Of a stretch of DNA of 64,000 nucleotides, positions 39,430-53,420 are shown one piece after another (the stretch's first letter is position 1; the number at the start of each line of letters is the position of its first letter). Source of the DNA: Felis catus (Eukaryota). Location: contig NC_058368.1 in assembly GCF_018350175.1 (NCBI RefSeq), forward strand, positions 136,216,001 to 136,280,000. Direction: 5' to 3'. The translations under genes were made by a program, and so were the position numbers. The notes beneath the pieces are model-generated. The model searched no databases. It was not told the origin of the DNA and was given only the letters and a program-made list of their open reading frames with translations.

Positions 39430-42261
39430 TGACTTTTATTTTTTAAATGGAGGCTCTGTAGGTAGAGGAAGAAAACAATGTGATATAGGCAGTATTTGCT
39501 TTCCACATTAACTTGACATTGAAAAAGAAGAGAGATTTAAAAACATATTATACTTAAAAATATATATATATTATACTTTTAATGGCTTTTCCATCAAGCA
39601 ACTGAAACGTTTCCCCCCTGTAAGTTATATTACATTTATCACCGTGTACCTTTGAACTGGATAGTCTTCTGCAATTTCTCAGTGGAAGGATAGAGGTCTA
39701 GAGTTCACACAGCTTTTCAGAATTAGGTATAAAACCCTTTGACTCTCTCTCAGAGACCCTTTCTGTAGGGCAGCCTGCTGACCTACAATATGTAATTTGG
39801 TTTTGGTGCAATGAGAACCAGTCTCTCTTTGTTTAGTCAAGACCTGGAGGGTAATGAAATTTTGTCTGAAGTTTTTGCAGACTCTTACTTCTGTTTTGTA
39901 GAATCTCATTTCCTTTTTTAAAAGAGTTTTTTATTTTTTATTTATTTTATTTTATTTCTACTTTTTTAAGTTTATTTTGAGAGAGGGGAGGAGAGAGAGA
40001 GAGAGAGAGAGACAGAACACAAGTGGGGGAGGGGCAGAGAGAGAGAGGGAGAAGAGAGAGAGAAGCCCAAGCAGGCTCTTGCCACCAGCGCTGGCTCCGA
40101 TGTGGGGCTCGAATTCATGAACTGTGACCTGAGCCAAAATCAAGAGTTGGATGCTTTACCAGCTGAGCCACCCAGCGCCCTATTTTTTATTTTTTAAATA
40201 GGCTTTCTGCCCAGCACAGAGCCCAACATGAGGCTTGAACTCACAATCCTGAGATCAAGACCTGAGCTGAGATCAAGAGTCAGGTACTCAACTGACTAAG
40301 CCACCCAGGCGCCCTGCATCTCATTTCCTGTTACTCAAAATTTCTGTTTGTGCCTTCTGTGGTAGTGATGGCAAGCAGTGTTATAGTCAGTTACACATCC
40401 TTCTTAGCCTTCTTGCTGCTTTCTTGGTCTTGATTTAAGTCTTGAGTCACCATGGACCTCCTCACCCTGTGGGAGAGACCTCTTGGCTTGTCCACATTGC
40501 AGGAAGCCCATGGGTGACTGGGTGGACTGTAGCCTCTCAGTGGAGTTCTTGGGAGTTGTCCTGTGTTCTGATGCACATGAGAGTCACTCTAATGTCTCCC
40601 CTGATTTGGTGCATGTGTTGTGCCCCCAACACAAGCCTATATATACCGTGAGTGTGCTCAGTATACGTTATGTTCACACATCTTACTTATGTCCTTTTAA
40701 TGTCCTCTTAATAGAGAAAGCAGCAGAATTTTTTTCCCTGGGGTCTACATCATTTGTCCAGCATGGTTCAGCGTGAGATCCTTGTTGTACCCCAGACAAA
40801 TGCTTTGGGAGAGGGAAAGCCATTAGAGCTGTTTGGCCCTGGGGTTCCTATGCTTTGTGGGAAGAAGGAGCAGACGCAGTGGCAGGGCTCTTTTTGATGG
40901 ACATTCACCCTGTTCTGCAAGTAAGTGAATGGCTTAGAATTAAACGATGAGAAGAGGAGATTCTGTGACGGTGGTGACTTCTCTAATCTAGGTTCTTTTA
41001 TTTAATTTTTCTTTTATCAGAATTTGCTTTAGAGATGCTAAGTTTAATGTCTATGAGATACTTGTGACTAGCGTGGCCTGTTTCTTTTTTTTTTTTTTTT
41101 TTACATTTATTTATTTTGAGAGAGAAAGAGAGCATGTGAGCAGGGGAGGAGCAGAGAGGAAGAGAGAGAGAAAATCACAAGAAGGCTCCACACTGTTGGC
41201 ACAGAGCCCAACATGGGTCTCAAACCCACAAACCATGAGATCATGACCTGAGCTGAAACCAAGAGTGGGACACTTAACCGACTGACCTACCCAGGCACCC
41301 CTAGCCTGTTTCTTATTGATAAAATTTGAGAATTTTGATTCTTATATACTTAATAATTCCAGCTCTTTTTAAAAAAAATTTATAATAGCTTTATTAAGAT
41401 CTAATTCACATACCATACAATTCACCCATTTAATATGTACAGTTCAGTGGTTTTTAGGATATTCCTCGAGTTGAGGCAATTCTAGTACATTTTCATCACT
41501 CCAGGAGGAAATGCCATATCCATTAACAGTCACTGCTTATTTCAATCCAGTCTCTCCAGCCCCTTGCAAGCACTCATCTGACTCTATGATTTGCCTATTA
41601 TTCATTTCATTTGAAAGGGATCATATAATAAGTGGTTTCTTTCATTTAGCAAAATGGTTTCAATGTTTACCCATGTCTTTTGGTTTTTCATTACTCTCTG
41701 GGATGGTACAGCATTCTGTTTATGGACTGTCTCCCATTTCTGCTATAGGGGAATGGTTTACTGAAGGGCAGCAACAACAAATAACTTTTTTTTTTTTAAG
41801 TATTTTCTGTTTTTTTTTGTTTTGTTTTTGATGTTTATTCATGTTTGAGAGGCAGAGACAGAGTGTGGGTGGGGGAGGGGCAGAGAGAGAGGGAGACAGA
41901 ATCTGAAGCAGACTCCAGGCTCTGACTGGTCAGCCCAGAGCCTGATGGGGGGCTCGAACTCATGGCCTGAGCTGAAGTTTATTCATGTTTGAGAGGCAGA
42001 GACAGAGTACAAGTGGTGGGGGGGGCAGAGAGAGAGGGAGACACAGGGTCTGAAGCAGGCTCCAGGTTCTGACCTGTCAGCATAGAGCCCTGTGTGGGGC
42101 TTGAACTCATGAACTGTGGGATCATGACCTGAGCTCAAGTCAGACGCTCAACTGACTGAGCTACCCGGGTGCACCAACAGCAAAGTACTTCTAAGCAAAG
42201 ACCGACCCAAGGCTTCAGATGTGCTTCACTTGTAGTTACTTTAGATGCTTTTTGATCTCTG

Positions 42262-42755
42262 TGATAGTTATCCATTGCTGCAGAACACAGTACCCCAAAA
42301 CTTGGTAGTTGAAAGCACCACTTTTTACCTCACAGTTGCTCTGGGGCACAACTCTCAGTACAGCTGAGCCGGATCCCCTAGCTCTGGGTCTCATGTGGCT
42401 GCAGTCTTCTTCAGTCACCATTAGTAAGGGTCTGCCCCGGCTTGCTCACGTGGTTGTTGGCATGATTCAGTTCTTTGCAGGTCTCACTCATTTTCTTGTA
42501 AGTTGTTGGCCAGAAGCATGTCTAGGTTCCTTCCCAAGTGGGCATCCGTATAGAGTAAGTTACCACATGTCAGCTAGATGCATTAGGGTGAACAGGCAGG
42601 TGGGCAAGAGAGGGAGCCAGCAAGGTGGAAGACAGAGTCTCTCATAACTTGATCACAGGAGTGACACTTGCTATAATCTATGTATTAGAAGCATGTTACC
42701 AGATTATATAGGATGTGGATACCAAGAGTCAGAGATCGGTGGAGGCCATTATCAG
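42262..42755 (-). mobile_element. Old MLT1-type LTR
   Basis: TAGTTATCCATTGCTGCAGAACACAGTACCCCAAAACTTGGTAGTTGAAA start and GGAGGCCATT end motif. Confidence 0.65.
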
Positions 42756-44466
42756 CTCGTGCAAGAGAAGTGGATTGTTGGTTTCCTTGGCTTTGGAAAT
42801 GCTTTGGAAAAAACCGCATCTGAAATGCCCTTAGGAATATGGCAGAATTCCCTAGCATAGCTGCACTAATAATTTGTTAGCGATTCACTTGTGAAACTTT
42901 TCTACCAAACTGGTAGGTCTTTTCTCCCCCTGAGATGGCATGATGGCATTCAGCTTCATTTCCCTCATTTTTATCTTACTACCTTTTGACAAACAGACTC
43001 TTCTTTCCTTGTTTACCAGCCACCCTGCCTCCTATCCTTGGTCTCTGAATATTTGCTGACAGTTGCTATTGCTTTCTTTTGCTTTCAGTTTGTTTTCATG
43101 GAACCCTGCTATGCCTGTTTAGTTCTTCAGGGCTTTGAAATTTGTCCCTTTTTAGATTTTTACTTCACTGTGACTCTTCTCTATTTCCTTGACTTTTATT
43201 TTTTTGGTACTGAGATAGTTTGAACTGTATCTGCTGTTCGTGTACAGAGAGCAGGCTGATAAGGTGAAACTGTGTCCTTTACTCCTGATAGAACCTTAAA
43301 AAAAAGCCCATAAAATATTTCAAAAATGCAGAAAGAACAGAGAATAGTACAGTAACAGAATGGAACACTCATGTACCCTCCATATGGATTTATGAAGTGT
43401 TAAGATCATTTGTTTTTTTCCCTCAGATTTTTAAAGAACTTATTAACAGTTGGTGTATTGGTTCAAAATGCTGTGTCGATGGATGTGTTGGTTATTTGCT
43501 ATCTTCGTTTTCATGAACACTGTCACAGTGAATGTTTCCGGTGCTTCTTTCCTTGTTCAAGAACTTTTCTAGCCATAGATACTTCGAAAATAAACTTCTG
43601 ATTGATAAGCAAACACAATGCGTGATAAATACTTGTAATATGTTGGCAGTGCAATTTTGCAGCCATTTTTAATAACATACATGAAATAGGGAAAAATACT
43701 TTTTGTGACTGCCATTTAGATGGAAAAATGTTAACTTGTGCTGTCTTGCATCTTTGGATTGATACTAGTGTAGCATTTTCATTTCAAAGTGGGTATTTGT
43801 ATGACTGTAAGAAAACTGATAGAATGGATATTGGAATTAGTAGCAAAAACTGCTTTCATATGGTAATTTAAGAAAATAGCCATTACATACTTTTCAAAAT
43901 TTTCTCTGATATTATTTATGCCTACTTAGACATAATCAGCCAAACCCATATTTATTATTCTTTGTGTCTTATTAATCTGTAAGTAAGAGTTGTTTTTAAA
44001 GCTTTATTATTGAAAATTTTAAATACCCATAAAAGCAGAGAAAATAATACTGCGAATACTCAGGTACACATCACCCAGGTTCTACACAATTGACTTTCTT
44101 TTGAGCAAGATTTTCAACTTTGATGCTAACATTAGTTTTATATTTAGAACGTACCATATTCATTGTTACACAAAATATTAACACTCGGAGAATTATTTCA
44201 CTATTTCAGTGAGGAAAGTGGTAGTTGTTGAGAAGACTTATTATTAGTTTCAACACAGTTTTGCTAATGTTTGGGTGGCTTGTGGAGTTTCTCCTCTCAA
44301 TTGAGTCGATCAGGCTAATGGTCTAAATGGCCAGTCTTCTCTCTCACAGGGAGACTGTCCATAAGTTTTGTAAAAAATGTGATCTAAGCTCTTCAGAATG
44401 CTTTGATAGAAGTAGTTAGGAAACTATTCCAAACATTCAGAGGACCATTTTTAAAAAGAACTGTAG

Positions 44467-44703
<237 letters not shown>

Positions 44704-44708
44704 TAGTT

Positions 44709-44736
44709 TTGATTGATTGATTGATTGATTGATTGA
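44709..44736. repeat. (GATT)n tetranucleotide STR
   Basis: About 6 GATT units, roughly 15 nt downstream of the exon 7 donor, at the tail of the adjacent L1. Confidence 0.9.
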
Positions 44737-46650
44737 AGTAAAATATACATAATATGAATTTTACCATTCTAACCATTTTTAAAGACACAGTTTTGTGGCA
44801 TTAAGTGTATTCACTTTGTTGTGCAACCATCACCCCCATCCACCTCCAGCAGTATCTCATCTGCTCTAACTGAAAATCTGTACCCATTAAACACTAACTC
44901 CCCATTCTCCCCAACCTCGACTGTCCCTGGCTACTCCAATTCTACTTTTTCTATGAGTTTGACTGCTGTAGGTACCTAGTACAAGTACAGTCATACAGTA
45001 TGTATCCTTTTGTGATTGGCATATTTTACTTAGGATAAGGTCCTCAAGATTCACTATGTTGTTGCATATGTCAGAACATATGCAACCTTTTTAAGGCTGA
45101 GTAATAGTCCATTGCATGTATATACCATTTTGTTTATTCAGTCATCCATCAGTGGGCTTTTGGGTTGCTTCCACTTGAGGGTGTTGTGAATAATGCTACT
45201 GTGAACATGAGTATACAAATATATTTGAGTTTCATGCTTTCATTTCTTTTGGGTATATGCTCAGAAGTGGAATTGCCGGAGCATGTGATAATTTTGTGTT
45301 TAATTTTTTGAGAAATCATTTCTTTTTATTGCTGAATAATATTTCATTGTATGGATAGGCTGCATTTTGTTTATCCATTTATCAGCTGATAGTCATGTGG
45401 GTTGTTTCCAGTTTTTGCGTATTATGAATAATGCTGCCGTGCACATTCACATCCAGCTTCTTTTATTTACTTATTTTGAGAGAGAGAGCGAGCGCACACA
45501 TACACACATATGAGCAGAGGAGGGGCAGAGAGGGACAGAGAGAATCCTGAGCAGGCTGTGTGCTGTCAGCATGGAGCCCGACACAGGGCTCCAGCCCATG
45601 AACTGTGAGATTATGACCTGAGCTAAAATCAAGAGTCAGACACTTAACTGACTGAGCCACACGGGCGCCCCCACATCCAGGTTTTTGTATGGATATGTTT
45701 CCCTTTATAGTGGTTATATACCTTTGAGTACAGTTGCTAGGTCACATGGTAACTCTGAGGTTAACATTTTGAGGAAATACCAACCTGTCCAGAGCATATT
45801 TTATATGCCTGGCAGCAGTGTGTGAGGGTTCTGATTTTTACATTTCCTTGCCAACAGTTGTTATTGTGTATGTGTTTGATGATAGCCATCCTAGTGGATG
45901 GTACCTCATTGAGGTTTTGATTTGCATTTCTCTAATGGTTAATGATATTGAACTTCATTCATGTACTTGCTGGTCATTTGTGTATCTTCTTTGGAGAAAT
46001 GTCTATTCAGATCCTTTGCCCATTCTTTTATTATTTTTTTAAAGTTTATTTTGAGAGAGAGAACATGCACGTGGGGGAGGGGCAGAGAGAGAATCCAAGC
46101 AGGCTCTGCCCTGTCAGCGCAGAGTCCAAAGTGGGGCTTGAACTCATGAACCGTGAGATCATGACCTGAGCTGAAATCAACATTTGGACGCTTAACCAGC
46201 TGAGCGACCCAGGGGCTCCAAGATCCTTTGCCTATTTGTAAAATTGGGTTGTCTTTATTGAGTTGTAAGAATTCTTTATATGTTCGGTATACAAGTCTCT
46301 TTTCAGATATGTGATTTGCACATATTTCCTCTCTATGGATTGTCTTCACTTTCTTAATGGTATCTTCCTTTGAAGCATGCACAGTTTTAATTTTGATCAA
46401 GTCCACTTTATGTATTGCTTTTCTCTTTTTGCTTGTGCTCTTGGTGTCACATATGTGACGGCTTTGCCTATATTGCAAGATCATGGAGATTTAATACTTC
46501 AGTTTCTTCTCAGTTTTATAGTGTTAGCTCTTTTAGGTTTGTAATCCATTTTGAGTTCATGTGGGTAGGATTTAAGGAAGGAGTCTGACATTGTTTTGTA
46601 TGTGGATACACAATTGGCACAGGATCATTTGTTGAATGGCTGATGAAATA
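44737..46650 (-). mobile_element. Old L1M 3' fragments interrupted by two CanSINEs
   Basis: L1M-type 3'UTR (TGTACCCATTAAACACTAACTCCCCATT) and an ORF2 remnant (EWAKDLNRHFSKED). One SINE has TSD AGATCCTTTGCC. Confidence 0.85.
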
Positions 46651-47324
46651 AACTTACTTCTTTTTTTTTTTTTTTTTGAGTCAATTCAGTCAACATGAAT
46701 TTCTTGAGCACACTTTTTTTTAGAAAGAGAGAGAGTGGGGAAGGGGCAGAGAGATATAGGGAGAGAGAGAGAATCCCATACAGGCTCCATATTGTCAGCG
46801 TGGAGCCTGACAAGCGGCTCAAACTCACAAACCGTGATATCATGACCTGAGCCCAAATCAGGAGTCAGAGATATAAGTGACCGAGCCACCCAGTGCCTTA
46901 CTTATTTTTTCTTTTACATAAGTTGCAGTACTGTTTGACTGAGGGTCAACAACAAGCCAATAAATTGTTAGGTGAAAAAAAATAGCAAGGTGCTTGCACA
47001 TATGTCCACTTTTTTGTAAAATGGGGAAATTATACATTTATGCATATATATAATGCATGTATATGCATATAATGTGTATGCATATAGAAACTCTAGAAAA
47101 GATACAGTAAACATAGTTTAAATGCAGAGGACATGGAACGGGGTGGGACAGACACTTTTGACTTTTTTTTTTCTGCACATAAACATTTTGAGATCTTTAG
47201 CTCTCTGAGCCTTGTGAAAATGTTACTTTTCAAAAAGGTTAAGTTTTTATAAAAAGGAACAATGTAGAATAGCTATGAGAGGTGCTCTAAATTTCTAATA
47301 CTAGCAATCTTTATGAATCACTTG

Positions 47325-48133
47325 TAGGGCCAGCTATATAATTTGCAGACCTCAGTGCAAAATGAAGATACAGGACCCCTTGTTCAAAAAGGAAGAAAAA
47401 AATACTGTTAAAGGTACTAAAATATAAAACATTTTCCTTCTGTCGTACCTTTGCCTGTCACGGTGTTTTTTATTTGCTATTTAAGGACATGTTCTCTCCA
47501 ACATGGAATACACCCTTTCCCTGGCACTCGTCCTTCCAGTGGGCCCACCATTCAACTCCTGATGGACATATGACCTCCAAGGGTATACAGCCTCTGCTCT
47601 AGGATGTGCTTGGTATCCAAATGGGCAGAGGCAAAAGGCTGTCCCCTAGCTCCCACCTCCACTGAGTCATCTGCTAGAGAATACACCTCAGCACTGCCAG
47701 CCCAGGATCGTGCCGGTGCTGCTGTGCTCCACCCTGAGATGCCAGGGGGTGCATGCCTGACCCCTGATCCTCCCTGTGCCCATACCAGGCCCCCACTGGG
47801 GGCAGGTGTAACAGTTGCCATGCGGGGGCAGGGAAGAGCAGATAGGGCAGAGCCCAGTGCCCAGGCATCAGTTGGCAGGGAAGCAGGGAGCCAAGAACCC
47901 TTTCCACCGAGGTGGGGGGAGGCAGACCAGGCAAGAGTTCTGAACCCCAGCACATAAGCCCCATCACTGTTCATTTACAGAACACAAATTCAAAGATAAA
48001 ATTAGAAAATCTGGGGCACCTGGGTGGCTCAGTTGGTTAAGCGTCTGAATCTTGATTTCAGGTGATGTCATGATCTCATGGTCATGGGACCTACTTAAGA
48101 TTCTCTCTTCCTCTTCCCTCTCCTGCTCATGTG

Positions 48134-48185
<52 letters not shown>

Positions 48186-48312
48186 AAAAATAAATAAATA
48201 AAATTAGAATTCCAGTAGGTAACTACTGAGCATTAAGCCCTAAAGCACAGGGCCCTTCGGCGAGGGGGCTCCTGCACACCATTACCGGTCACTTGCCTGT
48301 GATGTAGGACTG
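47325..48312 (-). mobile_element. MER45-family (hAT-Tip100) DNA transposon fossil with a sense CanSINE (~48012-48200)
   Basis: The ends AGGGCCAGCTATATAATTTGC...CAGTGCAAAATGAA...CCCCTTGTTCAAAAA and GAGCATTAAG...GGGCCCTTC match recalled MER45 termini. The interior is GC-rich. Confidence 0.75.
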
Positions 48313-48569
48313 AGGAGTGGATTACGTAATCCTAGACTCTTCCCCATTCCCTCTTTGATCAACTCCATTCCAGTGTTGTTCAGTAATGCTGTCTTCACTC
48401 TGCTGTGCTTGTGTCACAGTCTGGTCCCAGACTTCAGAGGGATAAAGGGAGGGTAGGTGAAGACACAGGTGATTACTATATCTTAGAAAAATGTCCCATT
48501 ATTTAAATGAATTCTAAGAATGTTATTAGGTAAGAGGAAGAATGTCAAGGATATTCTAGAACTGTGATA

Positions 48570-48925
48570 TCCATCTAATGGAATATTATTCAGCCATAAG
48601 AAGGAGTAAGTTCTGACATATGCTACAACATAAACCATGAAAGCATTATGTCAGACACAAAAGGAAAAGCATTGTGTAATTCTGCTTCTATGAAATATTT
48701 AGAATAAGCAAATATGTAGAGACAGAAATTAGATTAGTCGTTGCCAGAGACCAAGAGGAGGGTGGAATGGGGAGTGTCTGTAATGACTATGGGCTTTCAT
48801 TAGGGAGTGATGAAACTTCTAGAATTAGGTGGTGTTGATGGTTCCACGTTCTTGTGAATACACTAAAAACCACTGAATTTTATTCTTCAGGTGTGAATTT
48901 TGTGGTATGTGAATTCTATCTCAGA
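48570..48925 (+). mobile_element. Old L1M 3'UTR fragment
   Basis: AATGGAATATTATTCAGCCATAA...CATATGCTACAACAT...GTGAATTTTGTGGTATGTGAATT. Confidence 0.8.
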
Positions 48926-51350
48926 GAGTAAGTTTATTGCTTTAAAATTCGGTAAAAAAAAATCATCTTTGGTTTTGGAATAGTAACACAAATTTATTTT
49001 AAAAAGTATGTTGAAAACAGCTTATGCTTGCTTTGATGTGAAAAACGTGTATTTTCCAAATGGTTGTGTTCATTTTTAATAAATTTTATTGAGGATCAGG
49101 TAAGCCTGAAGAGCTTCCATTTTATATGTAATAAAAGCCTGAGGTCATTATTCAAAAGGCTTCTGATATCAATTATTCTTTAATATTTTTCTAGTTATAT
49201 ATGATACCTATCGTTGGGTAATGAGAGGAGAGAATTCATTCAAAATTTACCTTTGTCTAGTGAAGGGTATACACTTTCAGTAGTTCGTATGTGTTTTTCC
49301 TTAAAGAATGAGTAAAGATGGGACTGACACCTTTTTGGGACTGTAGGCAGCATGAGAATACTGGAAGAACACTAGCTGTTTTTAAGAGAAAGCTTTGTCT
49401 AATGTGCAGTTGCAGTGTCCTCCAGTCGGTGGGTTCAGATTTACCCTGTGCCTCAGCCAGGAGCAATGAGGCAGCCAAAGTCAGCAGTTCTCTTAGACAA
49501 CTCGACTCTGATCTGTAGTCTCCCACTGAAAGACATGGTTACAGGTTTAAAAAAAAAAAAAAAAGCAGCAGCAGCCTCATCCGCTTCAGGGTTCTAAATT
49601 TTGACACTTGTTTTTCTGAAAATTGAAAAAGATTTTGTGCATAATGTGGGGTTGCGTTGCTATAGCTTTTAGTCACTTAAAGTGGCTGGAAAAATGCATA
49701 ATAATAAGACCAATTTTTGAAGGATCTTTTTGTTCTTCGGTCTTCTGAACTTAATGTTTAGTAGATTGACCTGTTTTTGATTTTTATCATCTTTGCACCT
49801 GTCCCAGTATCCGACATGTTGTGGGTGGGTGTTCAGTAAATATTAACCAATGACGAATCCTTATTTTATCAGTTGATATTAGTCAGAACCCTGGAAATAA
49901 GTAAATAGAGCATAATGGTTATTTATTCCTTTTTTGCAACTTTAAATATCCAGACACCTCTTATAATTAGTTATTGTCTGGGCTGAATGCTATTTTACAA
50001 TGAATATTTTGGGAAGAAGAGAACCAAGAATTTAGTCCTGTGGGTGGAATAATTGGAGGTGAAAATTTTAGTTACTTTTCCCTGTGCAATAATATTTTAT
50101 TTAAGACAGAGCTTTTTTTTTTTTAAATGTTTATTTATTTATTTTGAGAGAGAGAGAGTGTGGGAGCATGAGCAGGGTGAGGCAGAGGGAAAGGAAGAGA
50201 GAGAATCCCATGCTATTATTGCAGATCCTGACACAGGGCCCGATCCCACAAACTGTGAGATCATGACCTGAGCCAATACCAAGAGTCGGATGCTTAACTG
50301 ACTAAGCCAAGACAGAGCTTCTGAGGTAGGGAGTAAGTCCTTGCTACGTTGCAGTTTAGATAAATATTCATTATTCTAATAAAAACATGTTTCTATTTGA
50401 AGAAAAAGAAATCAGTCAACCCAAACAGGTAGGAATCAATAAGCAGTTCCTAAGGGATCAGGTTGGCGTTTAGCACTAAATAATTTTTCTTTTTTTTTTT
50501 TCTGTTAGAATTTCTCAGGCTGTAATTAAGTCATTCGTAATTTATTACTTGAGCTTCTTTCTTTTTGGTCATATTCTGCTGAATCTTAGATATGGTTAAT
50601 CTTAGAGACTTTTTTTTTTGCCATCTTAAGGGTATTGTACCTTGAAGAGTTTGTGATAGTTACTGGAATTTTTCAGGATAGCCAAAAATGGCATTAATTC
50701 ATTAAATTTATTGAGCATTCAAAGACAAATACATCACAGTTCCTGTTATCAAGGAACTCACAGTATAGAGGAGACAACAGAGACATGTGCAGATTATTGA
50801 CATACGATCTGATAGGTGCCCTGTTGGAGGTGTATGTGGAGTATTCTTGGACCACAGATGAACAAGCACTGTTCTTTTAATTGCTGTGGAGACTCTTTAA
50901 TGATGAAGAGGCCTGGGCAGGTCAGGAGAATCCACATAGAGCAGCTGGGGTCTAAAGAATGAAGGGGGATTCCTCAGGTACGTGACAGAGAGCAGGGAGC
51001 CCAGGTAGTGGGAACAGCATATGCACAGACACAAATGCTTTGACATGCATAGGTTAGGAGAAGGAGAGTGGGCTTTCTCAGGCCAGAAATACCTCGATTC
51101 AACTCAGGTTCTGTCACTTGCTCAGGGGCTGTGAGGAAATTCTCTGGTGACTCTGGGTTCAGATTTTTCATCTGTAGACTAGAGACCATTTTATGCAGGT
51201 TTGCTAGGTGGGTGGAATAAGAAAACAGAATCTTAGCTCTGTGGAAGAAAGAGTGTTAGCCATAGTCAGGTTAGAAGACTTGCATGGTAGGTAAGCATTC
51301 GTATTTCTCCAATGGGCAAAACTCACCCCTGACTTTTATCGCTGCTGTAG

Positions 51351-51415
51351 GTTAAAGCCGCGACTGGAGAAGAGGTCTCAGCTGAGGATCTTGGAGGTGC
51401 CGATCTGCACTGCAG
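51351..51415 (+). CDS. MCCC2: MCCC2 exon 8
   Basis: TGTAG acceptor. Encodes VKAATGEEVSAEDLGGADLHC(R). Donor AG|GTGAAA. 65 nt. Confidence 0.95.
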
Positions 51416-51654
51416 GTGAAACAGAGGCCGTTGTTTCTTTCCAGGATTCACTGTTGCCTGTTTGTCCGTTTAAGAGAAAGTTTAATTATTTTTTCTAAGA
51501 GTTAAACTTGCCAGATCTGACCACAGTCCATTGGTTCTTGAGCTGCTGTTTTAGGGTTCAGTTCTTTGAACTGTAGAGCTGCATTTCTAAGCTAGAACAT
51601 CAGCTTTTCCATTGTAGCCTAGAAAGACTGGAGAGACAGGTTTCTCATTTCTTT

Positions 51655-53420
51655 AACAAACATCCATTAAGCACTGGTTATGTGCCAGACACTGTTACAG
51701 GTATTCAAGATAATAAGGTAGACATTGTCTTTGACCTCAGAGAGCTTATTAACATCTTAGGGAGGTGGGTGATGATAAGTAATTGCCAAAAAATGATATA
51801 AATGTGTACATGTGATAAGGTCCACAAAGAAGTATAGGAAGGGCATATAGGAGGTGGATCTAACCCAGTGCCGTGCAGGCATTAAGACTTTGTGAAATTA
51901 ATATTTGTTAAGTGGAGCACAATGTGCTGGATGGTGAGCTGTGATTCAACAACAGACCACGAGGGAAATTGAAATGGACAAGTGTATTACTCACAGAACC
52001 TGGAAGAAGTACACGGCATGCCTCGAGGGACCACGCTGGGAGCTGTTGGCAGAGCGCAGACAGAGGCAGAACCTGAGCACATGTTTTTCTTAGGGTCCAT
52101 GTTGGAGCACTTTGGGGTTCCCAGTCTAGGGCTAGTTTAGTCCATTCAAACCCAAAGATGGGAGTTTCGTTCAGTTCCATATGGGTCTTCTTTAAGGAGC
52201 ACATAAGGCATGCAGGAAGGAGCTGGGAGGCAGGGAGACTGTTGATCACGAGGGTCGCTGGGGGAGTCATATCAGGACTTACACGTGCTTGTGCTCTGTG
52301 GCTGCTGTCCAGAGCATGTGCTCGCATGAGCGTGCTGGAGTGAGTTTAAGGTTCCTGCAGGCCACTCAGTCAAACGAAGTAGATGCTGAGGCAGCCATCT
52401 ACCATGAGGTAGCTTAGCTAAACTCTCAACAGCAGTAAGTGCATAACAGCTGGTTCTCGGCCGGGGGGGGGGGGGGGGTGGGGAGCCCTACTTTGTGGCA
52501 CCTGCCAATGCCCCTGGTGTAAATTATCCCACTGAGGCTGATTGCAAGGTCCTGAGAGGACACCACTGAGTGTGGAATCAGGAAGAGGTGCACACATTTG
52601 GCTCTTGTGAGTCAGTAGTGAGCTGGCTCCATCATGTCACTGGTCTAGTCATTTCGGGTTACAGTTCAGGGCTAAGAAGACTGTCTACCTCCTAGAGTTT
52701 TGTGAGGATTGAGATGATAACATATAAATTGCTTGAAATAGTACCTGAAGTAAGTACCTATAAATGTTAACTGCCACTATTTTTGTTGTTGTATATCATA
52801 ACCTGTCATTAAAGAATTTGGACTTTTTTTTAAAGAGAACTTCAAGGAGTTTTAAGGAGAGATATGCTATTATGAAATATTTCATCATAAAAACTCCCCC
52901 TGGCTGTAAAACAGAGAACATTTAGGGATTTGGCATGAGTCTACCTGAGGGACCAATTCGGGGGGTTTTATCAGCAGTATAGGTGAGAGATGCTGGTGGC
53001 TATGGTGGTCATGCACGTAGGGGGAGTGACCAGGTTCAAGCTTCCTTGAGACAGAACTGAGGAACTTGCTGATGGATGTCATATAAGGGGTGTAGGAAAG
53101 TGGGGTAACATAGGTGATAACTTGACATGGTTTCATTCCTGAGACAGGGAAGATGGGAGGAGGAGGAGGAGATCTGAGGATGGAGCAGGGGTATCGGGTA
53201 TTCCTCTTGGACTGGGTAAGTTAGAGGCGCTTGAGACATCCAAGTAGGGATGCTGGCTGAGCAGGCAGTTAATTGATAAGAGTCTGCTCCGCAGATCAGC
53301 GCTGGAGATCTTTAATTGGGAGTTGTCAACATAGAAGTAGAATTTAAACCCATGGGACTAGTTGAGCTAGCTCACCCCAAGATGGGGGTAGATAAAGAAG
53401 AGGGCCCAGGACCATACCCT
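51655..53420 (-). mobile_element. L2 remnant containing a MER63-like hAT element (51866-52642), itself containing a solo LTR (~51874-52431), plus a MIR piece
   Basis: L2 3' motif at 51655. CAGTG...CACTG termini with degenerate 8-bp TSD ATCTAACC/GTCTAGTC. The LTR-like segment ends ...CTCTCAACA. Confidence 0.6.

Noticed and set aside
47552..47974. Overlapping 140/117/97-aa ORFs in a GC-rich patch
   Set aside because: They are the interior of a MER45-family transposon fossil; stop codons are scarce because of GC content.
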